A stretch of 62,285 nt of DNA, counting the filler, from Thelocarpon superellum (taxonomy: Eukaryota): the NCBI GenBank assembly GCA_026025795.1. It is 6 parts of 6 records of this genome, joined end to end, with 100 filler letters (N's around TTAATTAATTAA, not from the genome) between each part and the next. Parts side by side here need not be neighbours in the genome. Positions count along the whole stretch, not along the records: positions 41,725 to 51,975 come from JAPEUG010000535.1; positions 52,076 to 62,285 come from JAPEUG010000536.1; 4 more parts are not named here. One strand, 5' to 3'. Positions 47,501 through 60,391 of the stretch are shown piece after piece; the first letter of the stretch is position 1, and each line of letters opens with the position of its first letter. The notes beneath the pieces were generated by a model. That model was not told the origin of the DNA. It searched no databases and saw only the letters and a list, made by a program, of their open reading frames with translations. Made by a program: the position numbers and the translations under genes.

Positions 47501-48578
47501 AGAACTGAATGTTGCCCTTGAGGACGGGGACGGAGCGGTCGTAGGCAGACTTCTTCTTCATCTGCTTCTGCATGCGCTGATACTCCTTCTCGTCGGGGGG
47601 AGAGATGACACACCAGCACCGGCGCCACGGCGTGCCAGCGCCAAAGCGGACGCGCACCCAATCCTCCGTCTTCAGGCGCGAGCGCTCCATGATGAAGCGG
47701 ATATTGTTGAGCGACTTGCCTTTGCCGGCGATGAGGGAGCCGGTGTACAGTTCTTGCAGCGACGCATGTTCGAACATGGCCAGCCGGATGCCCGCCGTCC
47801 ATTGAGTCAAGGAATGGAGAGAATTAAAGTGTAGGAGATAGCGATTCTTGCCGGCGGTCGAGATACTCAACACGTTCTGCAACGGCTCGAGGTCTTGGGC
47901 ACGGGTGGGAAGGGTCTCAATCTACGCCGGCCCGTCAGACATGGACGAACAAAAGGCATAACAAGCGTCAGGACGTACCATCTTGACGGAGGCATCCGTG
48001 AGATTGATAAAGGTCGGCACGACCTCACCGTCTTGGCCCGCGGCGTCGAGCGCGGCGGCATCCCAGAGCGACAAGACGGTGCCGACCAGTTGCGCGAAGC
48101 ACTCGGTCCAGGTACGATCAGGATTAGGACGGCCATCTATCCCATCGTCAGCACCAAGAGTCCTATGAGGCAGGCGAGACGATCATACTAGAGTCAAGGT
48201 CATTCAGCTTCAGGAAATAGCCCTCCTGGAACAGTTTGTTGGAATGGCTGTTGAGAAAGGTGAAGATGGGCTGGAGCTCCGGCGGGGTATCCTGGGCCAC
48301 TTCCATCAACGGGGGATGGTAGCTTTGCAACATGGATGCCGGGCGCGATGGAGGTCGATCGACCCGGTTGCGGGCCGCGATAGTCGCCTCCGACATGGGG
48401 GGTGAGGAGAAGTTCTGCGCCGACATGGGTGCCGCCTGGGGGGAGTTCATGGGGGGTGAGGAGGATGTCGGCGACTTGGGTGGCCCTCCAAACTGCGACA
48501 TGAACGACAAGACTGCTAGGAGGTCAGAAGGAGGGTGAGAGGGGGAAGGGTGGCCGACGCACCGCGTGAGCGACTCAT
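44508..48578 (-). CDS. CAF120: PH-domain protein of the Caf120/Skg3 family, 4 exons
   Basis: MSRSR|VLSF, PELQPIFTFLNSHSNKLFQEGYFLKL, W.ECFAQLVGTVLSLWDAAALD, EDWVRVRFGAGTPWRRCWCVI, YAIYPQSKPLIDQSTLVKVEG, GGLVGAIEARERE. Introns 48513-48562, 48137-48188, 47922-47978. Confidence 0.9.
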
Positions 48579-50954
48579 CGTGACGGACGACCAGCGGTCC
48601 CACGGGGTCAAAGTTAGGAAACGAGATGGGGGAGGCGGAGAGGAGGGGATGGAACGAAGGTGGTCGAGGTGGGAGTGAGGATGCAGACCGTCGGCCGATG
48701 CCCCTCCGGTGCGGCGGTGGGCCAAGCGGACGAAGCGGACGCGTCAGGATACCCAAAGTCCTCGTGCGAGAACAAAGGCAAGCGCGAACGATGACCTAAA
48801 GCGAGCGTGAGGACGACGCACGGCAGGGGAGGTGGTGCCGCGTGCCTTGCCGATAACCCTCACCCTGGGGGGTTGGGAGATTCACGGCGACGACGACGAC
48901 GGAGCGGACGGACGGAGAAGAACGAGCGTGGAGGCGAGCGAACAAGTGGAGGGCATAAGCAAAGTCATAATCCAGTTTGCCGACCTATTTTTACGAGCCC
49001 AATATTTCATGGAGCATTCGTCCGCCCAGGCCCTTTGTGGTGCCGTCACCACCCCGGACTGACCGTTCCGTGCGCAGGGCGGCGCGACCATGAATTTACG
49101 TGCCGGGCATTGCGGGCGCGGGCGCCAGGGCCGAAGAAACGAGTACGGAGCATTACGATCAGGCCTGTGCCAACCGGCGGGGGCAGATTATGTGTGAATG
49201 CAGTGCGGATCCTGACAAACATGGCAGAACGATGCCGCCCACGTCCAGGATCCCCGCCAAGAAACTTCCACCAGCCGGGCTAGTCAGACTACCGCACGGC
49301 ACCCATTACGAGTGACATAAGTCAGACGCCCATGCAATTTCCGCTGGCAGGTCCGTCTGGCGCATGACACACCTCCGCGTCACACCCAATGGGGGCAGGC
49401 GGAATGGGAAGGGAAGGTAAGATAGGCCCAAGTGACGACGAAAATCAGGTACCAGGCGTCATAAATCACACGGTGAGTCCCCACGGATGGGGAGCAAGAA
49501 GACAACGTGGAGGTCGAAAAGGGTCGACAAGGGCACTGGCGTAAAGGATTTGTTTGGTCGGAAATGGAAATCGGTCGGCGCGAGGGATACGTAGTCACCT
49601 TCGTGCCGACGTGCCAGCATGACGAAGACGGCGCACTCGTCTCAAAAGCATGAGGACGACCGAGCCGTCGGGACCAAGTACTCGTCCTCGTAGTCGGCCA
49701 ATGCGCCAGCAGCCTTAGTCGCGTCGCCCCACGGGTGGGGAAGAGCTGACAACGATGCTGAGTCGTCAGTGTCACACCGACCTGAGGCCGAAGCACTCGT
49801 ACTTCGTACTCTATTACAGTGGTACTAGTCGCACTGTCAGTAACATAGTGGTAGTTGCACGCCAATTGGTGTGCGCCATTGCCCGTCATGGCTGAACATG
49901 GAGCCGGACAGAGGACTATGTACTTGTACTCTGAATGGTTGCTCACTGTTGCTCGCCCTCGTACCGCGTCGGGCAAAGGAAAGGCCCAGCCACCGGGAAG
50001 CTTTCAGACGAACGGACGTATGCGGGTGCGCCACGAGCGGGCTCGCCTCCGCCGTCAGGTCAGATTCAGTACGGGATCGATAGCGGCGGTGGGAGGCGAG
50101 CTGGAGCTCGCTACCTGGAGCTCGCTACCTCCCAGACACCGACCGGCACACGTCTCGGGAGTTCATTGGCGAGAGCCGGGAGGATATATTCATTGGGAGA
50201 GCAATCGTCGATAACGCCCCGGAATGCTGATCGACCGCGTTCTCCAAGGCGAATAACCACCGCGGTGTAAGTCACGAGTCGTCGCTTCCGTGATGTACGA
50301 GTGGAACGAGTGGACCAAGACTCTCATCTTTATCTCATCACCAGCGACTCTCGCTTTTCCGGAATCGAAATGTAGGAACGTTGATTTAGATAGAGCATGA
50401 CGTAGCACCTCACGGCTGAGGATGAGCAGAAAGTCCAAGGGCAGGCCAGGGAGGAAGGATCACAAGAGGATGGCAGCGGACGAGCTGTAATGGAGCCGAT
50501 GCGTGTAGTGATACCGACTGAACGATCTCCAACCTCCAACGATAGAAGCAGACACCGCTGGAACGAGCAGGTCCAATCCATATGAAGGATGCGAGTGCTC
50601 AAAAGATGCTCCAAGTGGACGTCCTCGGATCGACGCACGAGTGAGGGTGAAAGATCCCAAGAAGCTACTGCAAATAGGATGACCTACCACGCAGACACAT
50701 CCCCTGGTTAGCTTCGGCTCACGGTCTGGTTCGCTTGCGGTTGGGGCCGCGGAGTCGACAGGGAACTAATATGTCCGTTGCTCAGTAGCAGACGCCCTCG
50801 TTCTCGGATGATGTGATAGCCGCGATAGGATCCGCAGCTTCGGATGGACGTAATCAAGTGCTTCGCGCCATACGTCAGATCGGCCGGCTTCTTGTAGCAT
50901 GTCCGTCCACTCAAGATCCCTCCCCGCCCACGCACCTTCCTGACCGAAGCGGGC

Positions 50955-51975
50955 ATGCGCGAGTCGGCCTTTTGCATTGCACATCTGCAGCGGTCGAGAT
51001 GGCCACGCCCCGCAGCCTGGTGCATCCGCACCTTGGGTCCGAGAGGTTACGGCTACACGTCGACGCGACGGACCTCCACGCCAGCGACGACACATGAAGC
51101 CTCATCCTCATCCCCGTCGTCATCCCACACCCAAGCCCACCCTTCCGGCCACCAATCACCCGTGTACTTTGAGACGGGATATGCCCTCTTTGCCAAACGA
51201 CCGTCCCGACCCTTCCCCCCGCCCTTTCTATCGCCCCCGTCAGGCTCCTTCTCGGAACCGCTGAGCACCTTCCATCAGAGTCGAGATCGACGTCCGTCAG
51301 TGGACGGCGAGATCATCCGCGGCCTCACCAATGGCGACGACGCCGTCCTCATGGAGGAGAATTTCATCGGCGCCGACGACGGGGTCGGAGCGTGGTCGAC
51401 GAAACCCAAGGGCCATGCGGCGTAAGCGGTGGAGCCCCCGCGACCAGTCCATCACCGAGACTGACCGTGCGTGCGTAGGCTCTGGGCACGCCTGATCCTT
51501 CATTTCTGGGCGCGCGAGGTGGAACGCCACAGCGGCGCGTCCGACGGCGCCGGCGAGCCAGACCCGGTGGGCTACTTGCAGCGCGCCTACGAACAGACCC
51601 TGGCGGCCACGGCGACGCCCAATGAGTGGCTGGGCACGACGACGGCGTGCGGGGCATTGCTCTACTGCCCGTCCGCCGACACCCCGCCGATGCTGTACGT
51701 GACCAATCTCGGCGACTCGCAAGTGCTGGTGATTCGGCCGCGCGCTCGCACGATCCTGTACAAGACGACCGAACAATGGCATTGGTTCGACTGTCCGCGG
51801 CAACTGGGCACCAACAGCCCGGATTCGCCGCGCGAAAACGCGGTCATGGACAAAGTCGCCATCGAGGAGGACGACGTGGTGCTGGCCATGTCGGACGGCG
51901 TGATTGACAACCTGTGGGAGCACGAGGTCCTCCAACAGGTGCTGGATAGCCTGGACCGCTGGCATGCCCGCCCTG
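50955..51975 (+). CDS. PTC7: PP2C-family protein phosphatase Ptc7-like, 3' truncated by contig end
   Basis: NGDDA, IGADDGVGAW, GTTTAC, VTNLGDS, EQWHWFDCPRQLG, AMSDGVIDNL. Intron 51422-51478. Arg-rich presequence-like N-terminus. Confidence 0.9.
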
Positions 51976-52075
51976 NNNNNNNNNNNNNNNNNNNNNNNNN
52001 NNNNNNNNNNNNNNNNNNNTTAATTAATTAANNNNNNNNNNNNNNNNNNNNNNNNNNNNNNNNNNNNNNNNNNNN
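51976..52075. other. Artificial contig spacer
   Basis: 44 N + TTAATTAATTAA + 44 N. Confidence 0.98.
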
Positions 52076-52080
52076 CTTAC

Positions 52081-53048
52081 GCGATCGTAAAGGGTGGGAC
52101 GGGCCCGCTGGCGCTGCCGAAGCTGATCAAGGAGCCTTTGCGCGCCAGAACCTCCAGATCAGCTTCGAAGGTCGTCTTACCCACCCCGTCAAAGACGGCG
52201 ATGACACCCTCGCCGCTGGTGATTTCTTTGACGCGCGTGGCAATGTCTTCGTGTGAATAATCCACCATCCAGTCCGCGCCGTTCCTCTTGGCCAGCTCGA
52301 TCTTCTCTGGCGTCGATGCTGTGCCGATGGTGCGCGCTCCGATGCCCCGGAGGATTTGGCAGAGCCAGAGCCCCACTCCGCCGGCAGCGGCGTGCACCAG
52401 GATCCAGTCGTGCTTCTGCACCGCGTGGGCTTCGCGCACCAGCGTGAGCGCTGTCAGGCCTTGGAGGAGCCCCGCCGCTGCATAGCTGGCCGGGATGGAC
52501 GAAGGGACTTTGATCGTTCTCGCGACCGGGGCGACGGTGAACTCGGCATATGCACCATTGCCGCTTATGTATGCCACCCGGTCGCCGACTTCGAAACCCT
52601 CGGCTGGGTCGATCGATGGTCCAAAAGCGACGATGGTGCCTTCCGCTTCTTTGCCTAGGATCTCGGGCTTCGGAGCCGGATAAAGACCGGTGCGGAAGTA
52701 TCTGTATCGTAGAGTCAGGGCCAGAAACTAGCGCGTTCGGTAGGGGGGCCGTTCGACGAACGTATCAATAAAATTGACTCCGATGTAGGTATTGTGCACT
52801 AGCACCTCTCCGGCTTTGGGCTCTGGAACGGGAAGATCAGTGCGGTATTGGAGAACTTCGGATCCTCCAGTCTGTTCGACCAGGATGCCTTTCATCGTCT
52901 TGGGCAGTGCTGAAGTCGCCATCTTCCTCGCGGAGTGGAAGTGGCGTGCCGACGACGGGCTCAAATGCAGATGGAGAGCAGCAAGTCTGCTCGCGGAACA
53001 AGAGGTACGATGAGGCCGAAGATGCAACAGGTGGGGAATATGAGGCAT
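52081..53048 (-). CDS. ZTA1: NADPH:quinone oxidoreductase (zeta-crystallin-like), 3' truncated
   Basis: IGVNFIDT|YFRTGLYP, LQGLTALTL, VHAAAGGVG, FDGVGKTTF, SFGSASG. Intron 52702-52761. Contig ends in a GTAAG donor. Two in-frame ATGs (53048, 52922). Confidence 0.93.
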
Positions 53049-53532
53049 AAATATACGGTTCGACGTTGAGTAACGAGCTACGTGGAGTCAATGGTGGTCC
53101 GGCGAGCTCCTTGTTGTGAAACGCCAACCTTCCACTCATGAAATGACGTGACAGGCCCCCGCTAAGACGGGAGTCGGCGCACAGGCGAAATAAGTGACGG
53201 TTCGGCTGTGGCGGGGTAGTCGGTGGGGTAGCTAAACGAACGTTGGCGGCCCTCCCGGACCTCTTCCACTCTGGGGGCGCCCCAGCGAAATATTTCCTGC
53301 ATACTCCCCACTTTCACAACACGACTCTAATACTAGAACTCGTCTCTGGCCAGCAAAAGACCACGCACATCTCAAAATCAAGGGTCTTTCTTGTTGGTTG
53401 CATTTGTTGTCCAAGGCTAACATCTATCTTTCATGTTTACCTCGAAATTTTTTGGTACAATTTGAACATAACTTTGGGTTTTGAGTCACCAAATCACAAG
53501 AGACTCCAGGCCTCTGTTCCACCTTTGTTCCA

Positions 53533-54861
53533 TCAATGGGATCCACTAATACCACTTGGAGTGGGATCCCGGTAGCAGACTTGATCTACGAGACCAACGA
53601 CATCCTGAGAGCAGCCATAGGATGACTGGTAGCCATATCCACCGTGTCCATAATTGTGAACCACCCAGACGCCGTTGATCTTCTCCTTCTCCAGCCTGAT
53701 TCCGCCTTCACGAAGAGGTCGCAGGCCCACGGCATGGCGAACCACGTCGAGTGCCTCGGTTCCTTTGCCGCCTGTCAGCTCGGGGCACACGTCCACAGCC
53801 CGCTTCATGATACGTAGGGCCTGGTTGGGATCTGGCTGTGACTCCCATTTGTCTTTTTGGAAGGTGCCGCCGAGGATGGTGCCCCCACCTGTTTTGTGTC
53901 AGACCGATCCCACCACGTTTGGGGAACTTTGCTGCGAGAGTACCTGCTGCTCGTGCCATGATATACGTCACTTCGTCTTCGCCGTCGTCAGAGCCGGAGA
54001 CTTGATACATCCGGCTCGGATTATTGCGGACCAAGACAATCTGCCCACGAGCAGCGGTGACGGTACGATCTTCCACCCCGCCGAGCCGGGCGGCCAGCAA
54101 TCCCGTGCAGTTCACCACGACCTGAGCAGCTCGACCGGATTGGTGCAGCGCTGGCGCATCGCAAATGTGCTTCACCATACCGCGTTTTAGTGTGACACCG
54201 TGCTTCAGACATTGCGAGGCAAGCCATGGCAGATACAAGGCCGTATTCATGCACACAGAGGTAAAAGTGGTCCCACTGTCCACTCCTGCTGGTAGATCAG
54301 ACGCCGAAAGTTCTTTGAACTAAAGGCTGCGTCAGAGAGGACAGGGTTCGAAGCGATCAGATGGTCCGCTCACATTGGGAAGCAGGTCCTTGAACCACGG
54401 ATTGGGAGACAGCAGCTCGGAAAACCAAGTGGCAGTGGCTGACCCCGCATCCTTTTTGCGGTTATAGACGTGCACATCTGCAGTGGCATCAGCTCAAGGC
54501 TGGTTGTTGGCCGCTGCGATGCATACCTTGAAAGTGGATGCCGGCCTCAGGCACCTCTCTGGCTAGTCGGGCCAGCTCCGGCCAGGTGTTGCGGTCCCAC
54601 TCAGTAGCCCTCGTCCCGCGTACCGAGACCCTGACAGGAACATTTAGAGGGGAAGGGGGGTCTATGGGGAAGACAGACCTCATCGACTACGTACGGCAGA
54701 TAGTTGGCTCCAGCCCACGGCGAGGCGTATTCAACATCATAGTCTCCCGGCATGTGGTACGCCACCACGGTGACGTCGTACTTATCAGTGCGAGATAAGA
54801 GTAATGCCGTCGTGAGGCCAGACACCCCCGCCCCAAGGATCACCACATCAGACTTCGCCAT
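53533..54861 (-). CDS. DAO1: D-amino-acid oxidase, 5 exons
   Basis: VVILGAGVSGLTTA, YASPWAGANY, VNCTGL, ARGQIVLV, VGLRPLR, VHNYGHGGYGYQSSYGC. Introns 54631-54694, 54478-54526, 54320-54373, 53889-53943. Confidence 0.95.
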
Positions 54862-55675
54862 CGTGAGAGTCACGGTCTGCCAAGCGAAAGGGACGGGAGG
54901 GTACCTGATTACGCCAGAGGGTGGTGGGAGGGTCAGAGGGTTGGATTGAGACAGGCCGTGCGCCTTAGAGAGCAACGCGTGAATGGCCCGAACGGATGAC
55001 GAAGAGGCACGCGAGGATTGTCAGGCCTTCCGGTCACGGAGTCGTCCGTGCACGCCCACCATCTACTCAACCGGGCTCGCATCTTTACGCTTGCCACTTG
55101 CAACCTGCAAGATCCTGCCATCATTTCCCAATCGTGAACCCACCGGAGCCCGCTGGTATTGAAGAGAAAGAGGGTGATGCGTCAGACTCGGTGCAGCGGC
55201 TGGCCAGCGTCGTCGGGCAGTTGAGAAACAGGGAGCGAAAGGGACACATGCCCCTCGCCCTGACAGTGACGCCTCGCTTGGCTGCTGGAGCGGTCCTCGC
55301 GTACCTCGTATCGTTCGCTTGGCCGCCACTACCCTACCGAGCCACTCTTCCACCGCGCTGTCGGGTTGTGAATACTGTCAAGCCCAGGAGAAGCTGACAG
55401 CCGACCGAAAGGGTGACGGAACTGGGAATATCAATTGGGCCGGTCTGGCTTCACTGCCACATCCCAAAGCGTCCGGCACCACGATAACTAAACCTATTCT
55501 ACTGCCAGGCCCGCCGCCGGCCTTTTGTGCCAGCTCGCGGGCTGCTCAACTCCTTCAACTTTCTTCTTCCTCCACACGTACGCAGCTCGAGCACTCGCCG
55601 ATGCAGCGAACACGGCTCTCTTAATCCACTCTCGAGCACCAGCTCCAACTCTCCCGCGCAAGGTTCCGATTCATC

Positions 55676-57183
55676 ATGGGTCGCTCCAACGACGAGTTTC
55701 CACTGCTAGCGGTTCATGGCCTCTATGCGGCAAGCATCAGAGGTAACGGTAGGACCTCCCCCCACAACGGCCCCACCCCCCTGTCCCTGGCAGACGTTGG
55801 AAGGGTGTGGCTAACATACCGCAGGGAATTGCTTGTTTAATGCCTTGTCGGACCAGCTGTATGGAAATCAAGAACAACATCACACCGTTCGCGCCAAAGT
55901 CATCGAATACATGCGTGAGCACCAAACCTACTACAAGCAGTTCATCGACGTCAATTCCGACGGCGGCCGCCGCCGGAATCCCAAACGCAAAACCACTGGG
56001 GCCTCCTCGGGGGCACTCAACACGGCGCTCCCCTCGTGCGACTTGATCGACAGCGTCTTCGAAACACATCTCCAGCAGATGGCTAAAGGGGGCACCTGGG
56101 GTGACAACATGGAGATCTCCGCCTTCAGCGCGGCCTACGGCGTCGATGTGAAAATCTACCAGCGCGAGCTGGCCTATGTGGTGTCTGGAGGGGACGTCAC
56201 CGAGAAGCGGCATATGCTGCACATCGCCTATCATGTAAGTGGAGCCGCCAAGCATGCACGCCGGCCCCGTCATCAATCGAGGCTCACCCGCGATACAGGT
56301 GTGGCAGCACTACTCCTCCATCCGTAACATCGCTGGCCCGCATACGGGGATACCCCACGTTCATCTTGACGCGCTAGATGCGGAAGACGGAGAGACAGTG
56401 AACGAGGCGGTCGCCAAAACACCCATCGTCTCCGACTGGATGATCGAGCTCGTTATGCAGTCCCTGCCCTATCGCTCCGAGCGCCTCATTATCCGGCGCG
56501 CCCTCGAAGAGCACCACGGGAACGTGGATGCCGTCATCTCGAAGCTGCTCGACCCCGAGGAGGGCAGCAGCTACTCATCTGCCACGGGGAGCTCCAGCGT
56601 CGAACGAGAGCCAGACAGCGACGACGAAGACGAGATCCGCGGCCCCAGCAAGAAGCAAGACCGCCGGATGAGCAAGGCGAGCCGTGCCGTCGCCAAATCA
56701 ACGGTGGCGAAGCACGACCGCAAGATGGCCATCCGCCCGATGGCCAAAGGAACCATCGTCACCGGGCATGCCCCTCATGTCGCCACGGCGACCGAGCAGC
56801 CCGACGTCATCGCCATCAAGGAGGAGCCTGACAACGATGACGTGGTGGCCACTTGGTGGCCCCCGGCTCCGGCCGACGACGACACCTCCTCGTCGTACTC
56901 GGCCAACAGCAAGGTCAGCTCGACGGGGAGCAGCTCCTCTCAGTCGAGCGTCAGCGGCGCCGCGCTGCCCAGCGCTCAACGCAAGGCTCCGGTGGCCCAG
57001 CCCATCAGGGGCCCGAAGCGCGTCAGTGCCCGCGACCGCGCCGACATGAAAAAGGCGGCGCAGAAATCGGCGGCCAAAGAGCGCAAGCGCGCCAAAGCCG
57101 GCGGCGACCAAGTCGCCAAAGGCAAGGCCGGCAAGGGGATTCCGCCTGTCGTGGAGCAGCCCTTCCGTACGCTGTACATCTAA
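55676..57183 (+). CDS. OTU-family deubiquitinase (OTUD3-like) with CUE/UBA-like region, 3 exons
   Basis: GN|GNCLFNALSDQLYG, GTWGDNMEISAFS, HIAYH|VWQHYSSIRN, ALEEHHGNVDAVISKLL. Introns 55749-55824, 56235-56298. Confidence 0.92.
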
Positions 57184-58332
57184 GATGTACGACGGGCGGG
57201 AGGCTACTCACGACGGGCCCCACGCTCGAAGCCGTCGGTTTCTGGGCGGTCTCCGTGTATCGACGGGGGGTGTCAATCCTCTTCTGGGTGGCGAAAGCGA
57301 GTGGGCGGGGCATCGCTGGTAAGAAGGGGAGAGACTTGGACATGATGAGAGACTGTCGCAGAGAGATGATGGTCGCGCGGTCGGCAGATAGTCCCGTCCG
57401 AGTGGGGGAGGAGGGGGGAGGAAGGGGCCACCCGTTTCTTCCTCATATTCTCTTTTGCTTCTGCGGTCTTTTCCTTTGCTGCGTTGTTCTCCGGCATGCG
57501 TTGTATTATTACTTTTGCGTGCATGGCAAGCGGCGGAGCATGGTGTTGGGACCCCGGCGAGGGATTGGGGGCGCACTCCTAGCATGGCGATGGTGTTTGG
57601 GGGCGGGGCCAAGAGGGCCATGGGACTCGGAGTTGGGAATGAAAGAGACCGCTAGACTCCACCAATAGAGCTGATCGACACCATCTTGATCATGATCATC
57701 GTGAACGTCCTCCCTAGGTCTGTCATGAGGAGAGACGGTAATATCGAGGGGATCGCCCTATGCTCGTCCATCGCCGATGGCGGTATGATGAGGGTCTGTT
57801 CATACACCCTAGCCAGTTCCTATGCAGAAGGAGCCCTCCATGGCGTAAGGATATCGACCGACATGGTCAATGAAGAGACGCCTCGTGCAGCGCAGTTTCT
57901 CATGCAGAAAAGCCATTCCATCCTTTTTGGAACTGAACGCAACGAGATCTGCAGCAGGCAATGTCCCAAAGCAGAGTCGACTCCGGAACCCCAACCCAGA
58001 TAGGCGCATAGAACCGTCTGCACATGGAGTGAGTAGACAAAGGAGAAGGCCTCTCGCACAACATCCTTCTCCTTTGCCCACTTACTCCAGGATGTGAAGT
58101 GTGTGTGCGCTAGTTCAGCATCAACTAGAGGAAGAAAAGATCTGGTTAGATATAAAGCTCCATTAAAGACGCAGCATGGAAAGGTTAACACACCACCCTG
58201 GTGTCATTGGAGGCACTCCACAGTCCATCACAATCTCTTGGTATAGAGACGAGAGATCCCGTGGCACTGCAGTAGGGCTGTGATCTGGCAGGATAGGAAG
58301 GCAAAGAAGAGGCCCTCCGTTACATGAAGTAA

Positions 58333-58421
58333 TTGGCCTTGTCCTTGGCCTTGTCCTTGGCCTTGTCCTTGGCCTTGTCCTTGGCGTTGTCCTTGGCCTT
58401 GGCCTTGGCGTTGTCCTTGTC
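58333..58421. repeat. 12-nt minisatellite (TTGGCCTTGTCC)n
   Basis: Four perfect and about three degenerate units between the convergent OTU and NUF2 genes. Confidence 0.9.
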
Positions 58422-58766
58422 TCTTTTCGACACACGCTTGTCAAGCATCTTGGCCAGGTCAAGAGCAAGGTTATCCGTTTAGACCTTTGAACCCATGGTC
58501 TTGCTTCATTGCCTTTATAGTCACCCGTTCGAAGAATTACGTGAAGGACAGCACTCCCTGTCCCCCGTATGAGTCTCGCAGGAATGATCTCAGGAGGGAC
58601 CTCCAAGCAGCACGTGGCATATGACGTGATATAACAATGATAAAATACAATATAAGCAACGTACGCCCCCGCTGACTCCCATACCGGTCGTATCATAGGC
58701 CTATCCATCATGGTATGGTATTATCGCCAAAGGAAAAAGGAGAAAAGAAAATCGCAAACGCAAGGC

Positions 58767-60391
58767 TTAGAAGTTGATGTGTCCCGTCATCTCCTCGATG
58801 TACAGCTCGATATGCGACGCCATCTTCTGGAACTCGGCGTGCGCGGAGTGTACTTCGTTTTCGATGTTTTCTTTCAGGTCGGCCATCTGGTTTTGGCTCC
58901 GTCAGTAACGCCATGAGACTTCGGTGAGATGGGTTTGGGATGGAAGGCAGGGTGGAAGAGCGCGGGAGAGATGTGTAGACAATGTGTTGGATACACTGAC
59001 CTTCTTCTCCGTCTGTTCGATCCGTACGCGCCGCTTCTCCATCTCTCGCCCCTTGCCGCCACGCTCTTCCGTCAGGCGGCGGTGCACGTTGCGTAGCTCT
59101 TCCATGCGCTCTTTGGCGCTCTGCGTCTTTTCCTGGCTGGTCTGTCGCAGTTTGTCCGTCCGTTCGTTCCACTTGGCCAGCTGCCGCTGTAGGAGATGTT
59201 CCGTCCGTTCGACTTCGCGCACGTTGTTGCCTCGTTCGGAGAGGGCGTCGCGGTGGCGGGCTGCTCGTAAGCCCTCTTCCTCTTCTTTCTGGATCTCGCC
59301 GGCCATCTCGTCAAGGATCTTCGTGCACGATCCCACGTCCGCGGTCACGACGCCAAAGGTGTCGGCCGAGGTTTGAAGAGCGCGTGTGCGTCGGTCCAAC
59401 GCGTCAATCTGTGCCTTGTCGGCCTGCAGCGCCCCGGACAGCTCCGTCAGAGATGACTGCAAGGCCGCGGGAGACTGCGAGACGTAGGGCCGTAGCTTGG
59501 CCAAGTCCTGGCGGACCGAGAGCGTGGCGGCCGTCTTCTCCTCCAGCGCTCCCGTCAGTCGCGCTTTGTCCGACCGAACTCGCTCCAGTCGATCCGCAAC
59601 CTTCTCTTGTCCCTTCCGTAGCTCCAATAGCCGTGTCTTGAGCTCGTCGTTACGCTTGACCTTCTCGCGCACCTGTCCTTCCATGGCCTTGCGTGATCGT
59701 TTCATCTCCGCGAGACGGGTCTCCATGTCTTGGTTCTCCAAGTACAATGTCTCGATGCGAACTTTCGTCGTCTCGGTCTTGTTGAAGTGCTGGTCGATGA
59801 TGCCGGTCTGGGATTCGCGGAAACGTACGAAGTTGATGATGTACGAAAAGATCTTGACAAGCCGATCATGGGTGGGTTTAATGAGGTCCTGGAAGGAGAA
59901 GTCGTGGATGTTGCACTAGTGGCGCATCAGTCTACGGAACCTGGACCCGTGATCCGCGTCTTGCACACCGTACCTCGATCAACAACTTTCGCAAGCTCAC
60001 GTAGAAGCCCATCAGGTTTCGTGTGTCGGCTGGGATGATGTCCATATATTCCCCGCACACGTCTTGCGCTGCGGCCCTCATTGCGGGCTCAATGGTCTCA
60101 CGTGTCGCATTCATCAACAGTTCGGCGAACCATTCGAAGACTGACTGGATCTGCTGTGGGTTGGGCTTGAGAAGGTCGATGGGTTCAAATGGCACGCCGA
60201 TGTCGTTGATACATCCCGCAATTTCCTTGTCAGGCTGACGAAGCTGTCAGATCTCAAGCCTCGTCCAAAGTCTTCAATGGATCAGAGCTCACCAGTCGCA
60301 TGAACGCTTCACTGTCTTCTTCCTTCTTTCGCCCTCGGCCGTTTTGATGGTTGTTACGCAACTGCGAGCTCATTCTCGGGTTGAGGTCCAT
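58767..60391 (-). CDS. NUF2: Kinetochore Ndc80-complex subunit Nuf2, 4 exons
   Basis: [55 protein letters not shown], long coiled coil, ..HIELYIEEM. Introns 60235-60292, 59916-59973, 58887-59000. Confidence 0.96.

Noticed and set aside
46734..47834. Long antisense ORFs (also 958-1917, 18372-19175, 35293-36174)
   Set aside because: Shadow frames of GC3-rich genes on the opposite strand.
58333..58421. Tandem repeats as a CRISPR-like array (also 21033-21101, 6997-7070)
   Set aside because: No spacers, units too short, eukaryotic context.
35312..60391. Kinetochore gene cluster (CENP-P-like plus NUF2)
   Set aside because: On different contigs, two spacers apart.
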